From the NCBI RefSeq assembly GCF_006345805.1, contig NC_043007.1:47306001-47370000 (forward strand): DNA of 64,000 nucleotides, in the 5' to 3' direction. The notes beneath the pieces were generated by a model. It made no database searches and was not told the origin of the DNA. It saw only the letters and a list, made by a program, of their open reading frames with translations. Below, piece by piece: positions 54,638 to 64,000 of this stretch (within the stretch, counting starts at the first letter, position 1; the number at the start of each line of letters is the position of its first letter). The stretch comes from Octopus sinensis. Lineage: Eukaryota. The position numbers and the translations under genes were made by a program.

Positions 54638-55914
54638 AAGAGAGAGAGAGAGAACCATATATACAAGCATATATACGTACATATATACATAATTGTATTG
54701 TATTATGCATAATACAAAGGCACATATCTATTTGCACGACGTTATACACACACATACATACAGTGTACATACATAGATATGTGCACATGTTTATCTGTAT
54801 ATACATACACTTATATATGATGTGTATGTGAGAGAGAGTGTGTGAAGGGAATGCAAGTAACGAAAATGGGATTAAGTGAAACAATTACAGATAAAAGAAT
54901 TGAAAGTGATAAATATAGGATAAATGCTTCAAAGGAGAGATAAAATTTAAAAATATCTAAAAATTAGAAAGGATGAGAAGAAAACACCAGATCTAAAAGC
55001 GATAAGCGTGAATAAATCAAAAATAAGGTATATGAAAGTAACGCATCATCCAGCTAAATGTGCAGACTGTATTACGACACTGAACATCTATTGTATTCTC
55101 CGATTGTCGTCTGCAGTTTCTATTGCTACATCTAGTTGCATATGAAAGTAAGCGGATGTAGATATAAATACAAATTCAATACAATGTACTCTAACAATAA
55201 CATATATTACAAAAATAAACAATTATGAAAATATATCATTATAAGCGTAAAATAATGCGATTATTTTTCAATGTTAATTAAAACAATTACAATAGTTTCA
55301 ATTTAATGATTTTACGTTTATGTAAATATAATACAGCAGGGGACAAACTAGAGAACAGTTTTAGTGTTTAAAATGTGAATTGTCAAACATTATCTCTAAA
55401 TGTCCTTTCTTGTTTAATTTGTACTAATTATGCCCCGAATGTTAATTACTTTTATAGCTATAAATTTCACTCAAGTAGTATAGTCTCGATTAATTAATTA
55501 CAAGTACTTGAGATAGAAATAGTGCTAAATATCAGGGGACAATTTAATCAAGCAAATAAATTAAATTCACAAATGCATTTGTTGATAACATTACAAAAAA
55601 CATAATAACACAATATAGACCGATATAAACGTTGCCATAAGTTTCAGCTCCCAATGAGTGCTGACTCACTCTTCTGATTTCGATATTCACAAAATGCATT
55701 TACACCACGTATTAATATATACAACGTATCATTTGTTCTGTGATGGAAGTGTGAAGTCATTCAAAGAAAGAGTATATGAGGCTTTTAGTAACATCTTGGC
55801 TTTGCTGTTAAAAAGCTCTAAGATGGGTTTGATGATAATGATGAAGAAATTAGTTTTATTTAGAGGGGATGCAAAATGTATTTAACATGTTGCAAAATGT
55901 TGACATGTCAGCGA

Positions 55915-56880
55915 ACAGGATAGTAGCTACACATTTCAAGGCTGTAAAAGCAAGTGCAGATGAAGCTGAGGACGATGCAGGAAAATTGGTGGAGTGATAA
56001 ATACGATGAAATCTAAGAAGCTTCAAATGCTAACAATTCCAAGCATGTTTACTCTCTCTTGAAAAAAGTTTATGGTCCAGTTTCATCAAAGGTTGCGACA
56101 CTTCGGAGCAAAGATGGCACAGAATTATTAACAAATCCTAAAGCTACTGTTGGAAGATGAAAATAGTATTTTGATGAGTTGCTCAATAGATCCACTGATG
56201 ATGACCTCTCCTTAGCAGAGGTTCCAAACTGCTGGTCTTGATGACGAAATTTCATATAGAATCAGTAGTGCTAGTAGTGCTTTTGGTAGGCTTGATAGGT
56301 GTCTGTGGACACGACATAATACATCTTCACAAATTAAAGTTAAGGTGTAGAACACGTGCGTCCTGCTATCTTTGCTATATGGGAGTGGGGTGTAGGTTAT
56401 TTACCGTAGATATGTAAGGCAACTGGAAGGATACCATCAATACTGTCTGAGAATACTGTCTAGGAATTACAGCTGGTAATTGGGAGAGGGAGGCACAAGA
56501 TCGGGATTGATGGAGGAAGACAGTGCATGATGGTTGCTTATGGTTTGAGAGAATTAGAAGGTGTCTTGGAAGGAGGGGACTTGTGGAGAACGAGGGACTG
56601 TTTATCTTGTGTGCGTGGTTTGTGAAAGAAGGTGTCTGAGTCGTGAAGCCGTGGTCAGCCATCAAAAATATCACAGGAATCGACCAACGATAAACAGTGA
56701 TGTGGCTATTACAATTCACAACATAACGTGTGGAAAATATGGAAGCGCGTGCTTCGCAGATGAAGGTCTGAAAAGACATGTTAAGATAATGCTTACGGCA
56801 GCACCTATTTCTCCTGCCATCTAGCACAGCCGTTCAGTATGTAATAAAATGTGTAAAACTTTGGCTGGATTTAGAATCAT
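55915..56880 (+). mobile_element. Decayed RTE/BovB-like LINE with a large internal deletion
   Basis: KKVYGP..S....LRSKDG..LLT, YFDELLN, ASSAFGRL, LLYGS..W, C..CE..CLS....SH. Confidence 0.75.
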
Positions 56881-56966
56881 ACAAAGGCATCACCTGGCAT
56901 TAATAATGAATCATTCCAGTTTCTTATTGGTAATGGCTTTTCTCGTGTAAAGAGGATACAACTATG

Positions 56967-56999
<33 letters not shown>

Positions 57000-57051
57000 T
57001 GTATGTATGTATGTATGTATGTATGTATGTATGTATGTATGTATGTATGTA

Positions 57052-57765
57052 TATAAGAATAAAAGAAGGGTAAAAATACTGCTTGCCAAAGATGAAAGCA
57101 AAAGCTTCAAAAACCACCAATCCTACGATAAATACACACACGAGCAATGCAATGAACACTTTAAATAGTAGGCCTACCTTCAGGATGGAATTTGAAGATA
57201 GTTTACATACCCCAATATCAATTGGTTTCAAGCTGTGCATGAGAAAACATGCTTTGCAATCTTCAGCTGGGGATAGTAACATCTATTTCCAAAATATTCA
57301 ACTCGTGTCCGTTTCGAACTTTAAACGTCCCACTCCGTTTACAGGGAAAACTATCGTAAACAATAAGAAAGTTACTATATGAAAGCATTATTGCTGTTAA
57401 AAACAGTAATAATGAGGCGGTTAGCAAGACTTCTACATTTATAGGTATAATATTAAAGTTTTGAATAAAAGAAGGGTAAAAATACCGCTTGCCAAGCACA
57501 GCATGAAATCAATTAATATTGATATGTGTAAATTCCATCCTAAAGATAGGCTTATTTTTTAAAGTGTTCATTGCATTGCTCGTGTGTGTATTTATCGTAG
57601 GATTGGTGTTTTTGAAGCTTTCGCTTTCATCTTTGGCAAGCGGTATTTTTACCCTTCTTTTATTCAAATATTTAATATTATACCTCTTAATGTAGAAGTC
57701 TTGCTAACCACCTCATTATTACTGTTTTTAACAGAAATAATGCTTTCATATAGTAACTTTTATAC
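57052..57765. mobile_element. Composite element: 406-bp permuted unit plus an inverted partial copy, between (TATG)n and (TA)n
   Basis: gaataaaagaagggtaaaaatac(t/c)gcttgccaa occurs at 57057 and 57463; 57530-57762 is the reverse complement of 57367-57495 joined to 57057-57193. Confidence 0.85.
57210..57272 (-). ncRNA. Type I hammerhead motif, slightly degenerate
   Basis: CCCCAG-CUGAAGA-[UUGC AAA GCAUG uuuucu CAUGC ACA GCUU]-GAAAC-CAAUUG-AUA/UUGGGG: 6-bp stem I, near-palindromic stem III with a probable G-to-A change. Confidence 0.6.
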
Positions 57766-57806
57766 ATATATACATACATACACACACATATATATATATA
57801 TATATA

Positions 57807-57842
<36 letters not shown>

Positions 57843-59349
57843 ATGTATGTTGTATGTATGTATGTTGTATGTATGTATGTATGTATGTATGTATATATAT
57901 AGCAAGAGAGAGAGAGGTGGAGAGAAAGAGGGGGAGAGAGAGGAGAGTTAAGGGGAGAGATCGAGAAATCAAAATGACAATTACGATAAGATATAAAAAT
58001 GTTACCTTGGAAATTATTTGCTTTTAACATTTCAAGTTCTAGCAGTAGTTGTGTATTATTATGAACAAGCACAATGTACAACATACTACTTGGTAACGTC
58101 ATTTGTTCCAAATTTGGTGAAAGTACACAGTACACTTAAAATTCAAACTCTATAAAGTATTTACTGCTGTAAATTACCGTAATAAAATCTATCCTTTTTG
58201 TAATCTGCAGAACAATAGATTAAATCTGCATTTATGTATATCACTGTAAAGATATATAAGCAATAAAGTCCCGCCATCAACAATCAACTGCCAAAGCAAT
58301 ACACCTACTCATGAAGAAATACATACAAGAAGGATACAGCACAGATTTATCGAATGACTTCACAGAGATATTGTACTAAATTGATGAAATTAACAACATT
58401 CCACCTTGAATGGAAAAAGTGTTTCCATCTACGTCCTACTAAATGTAACGATGTACATAGGGTTTAAGGCATTTATATTAAAAACCCTGATTATCCCAGA
58501 TAAATTCTTTAACTGTTTCTGCTGGCCTTCCCATCTGAAATTCCTTCTATATTTCAAAAACATATTATCAAAGGCTATAATTTTTTTTACAAGAAACCTG
58601 AACTGCTAAGTTTTATGTGACTAATGTAGTTAAGAAAATGATACTGGAGAGCGGGCAGATAGGATTCAAGAACATCGCTAAACATTTCAATCCTTAATTT
58701 TGCAATGCTTTAATTAACACCATAACTCTACCACATTCTAAGATATTAAGGTGGGGATAGGGCATAAAAGGAATAATGGATATAATTCTACAATATACAC
58801 ACAAAATGCAAATTGACGCCAATAGTGCCTGTTCCTATAGGTACAAAATATAAGTCACCAAAACTCTAATTGGACTACCTTTACTAAGAGTCATTGTTGC
58901 ACTTCATAGTAGAGCGCAGGAAGGCAGCAATATACAAATCCAAAGTGAAGAAAAGGGTATACAAAATATACCATAAAGTACGAGATAATCGGTGAATAAT
59001 TCTTAAATCTGAAGTTGACAACGTTATCATTTATAACACGTACTCTATAATCCTTTGCAACCTACTACAAAGTGCTCGAGCAATACTATCATTTTCTTCA
59101 GATTATGAGGCAGATAATTTTCGTCCCACATATAGTAATCTGAGGTTACAATCAAGGGTACTAGGAGGCGTGAAATTGGGACTGACGAAGTCTTAGAAAT
59201 CGTTCGACAACCACTTCTCATTCTTTTCGGAGGTATGGAAAGGAACCGAATTCTACTGCCACAGATATGACCTTTCAGCAGCAAACCTCTCCAGCCATAG
59301 ATTAACCATATTCTCCAACAGCTTCGCATATCCGTCTCAATTGAGTCTA

Positions 59350-60230
59350 AAGCTTTGTTTTAAGACGTGAGGAAGTACTCCGGCATGCGAACTCAATCAG
59401 AGTGATTGCTGTGTCCCTTCCTGCTGATCATAGCGTTGTAGACTCGGTTGCTGCTTTTATAGTCTTCACAGAGCATTGAGCAGCTGTCATAATGTTAGCA
59501 TTTTGATACCACATGTGTATCGTCATGATACAGTTAATTTATGTCCATTATTCCACTGGTTTTATTTCCCTATGTTTAATTTGTCGACATTATACATCCG
59601 AATTCATGGTTCTGTCAGTGAAAGGAAGCCCGTAAATTACAGCGCTCTTCCAAACCCACTAAATTGAAAGCATAAACTTCGGAAGTTGTTTATTATGGTA
59701 AGCCGTGCTTCACCCGTGATGTGATTGTTTGCGCTTCACATGGTTATAGACGATCCATTTTCCGTCCCCAGTCATCATTTTCTTCAAAACATTATCGTTT
59801 TCATTACGTTTCTGCAATGAATCACTGATGGAAATCCGTTGGGCAAAGTCAGCCTTATTCATTGGAAGTGGGACTCAAACATCGAGCATCATGAAGTAAA
59901 CAATTTGTTGCTGATAATTTTCAGCACTCGATTTTGGATATTTGTGGAATATCTGTGATCATCTTCGTCTTGTACTGTTCTCGATTTTGCGGCCGGAGCG
60001 AGGTGCACCTTGAGCCGAAACATTTCCCAACCGAAATCTTGAAAGCAATTTCTAGCACATATGCACCCGTACACAGCGCGAATCTTCCTGCAGCTTTCTT
60101 CTCAGAGTCCTCAAGCATACTTTTCCATCGGGTTCTGTCAGAAGCAACCCTCTCAAAGAGATCCTGCCGGATCCTTATAACAAAAAGACATTAGATGTCG
60201 ATAATATTTGTTTCAATTCTCAATTTTCCA
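59350..60230 (-). pseudogene. Decayed mariner transposase
   Basis: LDV.VP, RISISDSLQKRNEND, MMTGDGKWIVYN, FMLSI.WVWK, TMNSD, YHDD motifs in the reverse complement. Confidence 0.75.
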
Positions 60231-61068
60231 GGTGATCCCAAACACACAAAACACAAGTTTCGTTACAAGTTCACGTCGAAACCCGTTGACGTGTCAAATA
60301 TTTAACGAGTGCGCATGCGTAAGGAGCAGGCTGAAGATAGCTACTTATTAGGGTTGTATAATTTAGTATGGACAAAAACCGAACGGTCATTTTGGCCACC
60401 ACAATATATATGTACGTTTGCGGATGTATATAAAGTAGTTAATGAAAGGAATTATGCTAAAAGTGAAGAGAAAGTATTATTGATTAGTGCAGAAACAAAC
60501 TAATCTTATATTCATATGATTATCTGCAGCTTTAGAAGCTGCTTCCTCAGTTATGAATATTCTTTGGGGAAATGGGAGAGGAGGATGAGCAAAGCTTTAG
60601 CCAGATATGCATATCATATAAAAAAGCAACACGTTAACTCTTTACACATCAACAGATCAGTTATCAAGGACAGCACACACGCGATGAATGGAACAAAGCA
60701 ATTCCATCTACTGTGAATATCCTATGATAACGTAACAAAAATATATTCATATATAATGACAGAATGACGGCATGAATACAAGTTGTACTGTTTAAGTTGC
60801 AAAAGTAAAATATAAAATGATTGATCCACCGGACATTAAAGCTAAAACCGTTCAGCTATTTACTGTTTGCAAAAGATTGTTCCACTTTCTTCGCCCCACC
60901 CCTCTCTCTCTCTCTCTGTCTTTCTCTCTGTGTATGTATTTATCTATCTCCCTCTCTCTCTTCATCTCTCTCTCTCTCCATCTATCTGTCTATCTAACTA
61001 TCGCACTGCGTATGTATGTACGCATATACACTTATCCATCCATATACACACACACACATAGATAGATA

Positions 61069-61724
61069 AGTTTCTTTATTGGCCACACAGGGCTGCACAC
61101 AGATGGGACAAGTTACAAAGTAGAGCTTTTCTTTTGGGGGATGAAGAAAACAAAAAAAAAAGAAAAAAGGGGGTGGCGTAGGTTTTCGATCAAGAGGGAT
61201 CGTAAAAGGGAAGAAAAGAACAAAAAATAAATAAATTAATTAATTAATTAAAAAAAATAAAAAGAATTAAAAAAAATAAAATAAAATAAAATAAAGGAAA
61301 AGGAAAAGGAACAAGAGAAAAGAGAAATGAAAAAAAGAAGAAAAAAAGGGGGAAAAAAAGGGGAAGAGGAAAAAAAAGAACGATCAATAGGAATCGTGTA
61401 TCACAGTGTTATGATATATGGTGTAAAGGGGAAAGCAAGTAAGGTTTATCCGTGGGAAGAAAAGCCTACGAAAAAGACTACGGTAACCTTGGTCAATATT
61501 GTTATATGTTACCACATTTGTTTGCAAGTGGGTAACCCTCTGTTTTCAATTTCTGGGTTCATAGGATTATGCTCAAGGTGGCTTCGTCATTCATACGTGC
61601 CATCCTTGCTACATTCACCCATCTTTTTTTAAAACATTCGCTAGACAAAACTTGCCTCTCTACTCTCACTTTCCTCTTCAAGTGGTACTTGAAGAAGTTG
61701 ATGAGAGATTGACCAGAGAGGAAA
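61069..61724 (-). mobile_element. Tx1/L1-type LINE 3' end, copy A (656 bp)
   Basis: End of ORF2 (FFKYHLKRKVRVERQVL..) plus pyrimidine-rich 3' UTR and aataaa; ends at gatagata; near-identical to copy B. Confidence 0.85.
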
Positions 61725-61734
61725 TATACATTAG

Positions 61735-61814
<80 letters not shown>

Positions 61815-61815
<1 letters not shown>

Positions 61816-63135
61816 GTTTCTTTATTGGCCACACAGGGCTGCACACAGATGGGACAAGTTACAAGGTAGAGCTTTTCTTTTGGGGGATGAAAAAAAGGGG
61901 GTGGCGTAGGTTTTCGATCAAGAGGGATCGTAAAAGGGAAGAAAAGAACAAAAAAAAATTTTTAAAAAAGAATAAAAAATAAAAAGAATAAAAGAAAGAA
62001 AAAAAAGAAAAAGAAAAGGAAAGGAACAAAAGAAAAGAGAAATGAAAAAAGAAGAAAAAGGGGGAAAAAAAGGGGAAGAGGAAAAAAAAAAGGAACGATC
62101 AATAGGGATCGTGTATCACAGTGGTATGATATATGGTGTAAAGGGGAAAGCAAGTAAGGTTTATCCGTGGGAAGAAAAGCCTACGAAAAAGACCACGGTA
62201 ACCTTGGTCATTATTGTTATATGTTACCACATTTGTTTGCAAGTGGGTAACCCTCTGTTTTCAATTTCTGGGTGCATAGGACTATGCTCAAGGTGGCTTC
62301 GTCATTCATACGTGCCATCCTTGCTACATTCACCCATCTTTTTTTAAAACATTCGCTAGACAAAACTTGCCTCTCTACTCTCACTTTCCTTTTCAAGTGG
62401 TACTTGAAGAAGTTGATGAGAGATTGACCAGAGAGGAAAGTGTTTGTCTCCAATCCTTTCAGACGCGTCCACCAGATACATTCTTTCGCCATAGCCACAA
62501 GGATGATGAAAATAGCTCTTCCTTCCCGTTTGAAGGAAGGAGGCGTGACAATACTGACGATAGACTCAGCTGATAAACCGACTCGTCCCACACGTGATAG
62601 CAGTTGTTCGACACAAGCCCACAGGTCGGAAATTGTTGGACACTGCACGAGTGCGTACAGAACGGTTTCGTCGCTCTGACCGCATCTCGGGCAGGTCGGC
62701 CCCGTGTTTCTCGAGCCGTGTCTGTAGAGCTTATCCCGAACGGGTAGCGCTTCTCGGTAACACTGCCAGGCCAGGGATCTCTGGAAGTTGTCCATGGGCC
62801 CTGGCCCGAAAGTCGTCCTGAACAGATGGGTCAGGTACTCCTCGTCGACGTCCAGGTTCGCCCCGAGCTCGTCGTCGTACCTCCCCTCCACTAATCCCCT
62901 ATAGAATGCTTTGGTTGTGTTGAAGTCACTCAAGGTCGACCCAGGATGGCAGAGTTGCTTGAGAGCAACGCGACACTCGCGGTGCCATTCGCCCTTCCTC
63001 GGCCTCTTTTTGATCCACGACTGCAGTTCGGTCATGGAGACGAGCTGCGGCAAAGCGTGCCTCACAAACGGCGACCACACCTGTTCACCGTCGTCTACAT
63101 AGAGCCAGAGATGTCGCAGTCTCAGCGCGTGTCTG

Positions 63136-63136
<1 letters not shown>
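61815..63136 (-). mobile_element. Tx1/L1-type LINE 3' part, copy B (1322 bp)
   Basis: Open frame with LAWQCYREALPVRDKLYR and CPRCGQSDETVLYALVQCP (zf-RVT-like CCHC, H replaced by Y); both ends abut (GATA)n. Confidence 0.88.
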
Positions 63137-63440
<304 letters not shown>

Positions 63441-64000
63441 AGATAGGTAAATAAACACGTCATGTTTCTGAAACCTAGCTGATTTAGTAACATGAAAATG
63501 ATTGTGTGCTTTACGTGTGAGCCTGTCATTGTATGTGGGCCTCTCAGTGTATGTGCTTCTGGTTGAAGCACATGTAGCAGTTCTTGACTCATAGCCAATA
63601 TAAATACTAAATACCACCTTTATCATTCAGCAATTTGGTTTCACATATTTAAAATATAGTATTAGTTGTTGTTCCAGCATTAAGGTTCCCAAAGATAATG
63701 TTGTCTTCGTTAATTAAAGACAAATAACTTGATCTTGAACCGTTATACACTAAAGAGTAGTGTATTAGTCAGAGAGGCAACACTGTGATGATAGCGGTTA
63801 GCGAATAACTGCCACTTTCGTTGTTTAATATTATAGCCGCTCATCCATCAGAAGTTCTAGACAACAATACTTTTACTAGGAATTATACAGCAGTGTGAGG
63901 GGAATACCAAGCTGAGAAGTTGTCATAGTAATGTTTATTAACAAAGAAGACCAAAGTGACAAAAGATCAGCGGCTAAAATACAGCATTAGAATTCTAATG

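Noticed and set aside
60285-60325. ttgacgtg and gtgcgcatgcgt as CRE/NRF1-like promoter motifs
   Set aside because: The neighbouring CpG-richer sequence is a decayed mariner; no TSS or first-exon evidence.

Overview
AT-rich, microsatellite-dense animal DNA with one 100-N scaffold gap (40910-41009). The repeat content (tRNA-derived SINEs, mariners, Penelope-like elements, R4/Dong, CR1-group, RTE and Tx1 LINEs) is most consistent with an octopus/cephalopod genome; this assignment is inference. No intact host gene is evident. Most tracked ORFs are microsatellite translations or decayed retroelement frames, and two low-confidence + strand exons (15681-15742, 38779-38908) are the only host-gene candidates. 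The main signal is a recurring architecture in several mutually unrelated sequence families: fold-back (inverted-repeat) insertions, most flanked by (TA)n, with outward-facing type I hammerhead ribozyme (HHR) motifs (CUGAnGA..GAAA..GUH). Four of these fold-backs leave a one-sided unpaired tail of about 70-78 nt. About ten HHR motifs were read by eye (13.2k x2, 28.2k x2, 30.9k/31.1k, 33.47k, 33.67k/37.3k, 57.24k), including a pair at the ends of a 3.7-kb palindrome. Also notable are a CR1-group LINE with a near nucleotide-precise twin-priming-type 5' inversion and two Tx1-type copies ending directly in (GATA)n arrays. All structures were folded and aligned by eye, and activity is untested.
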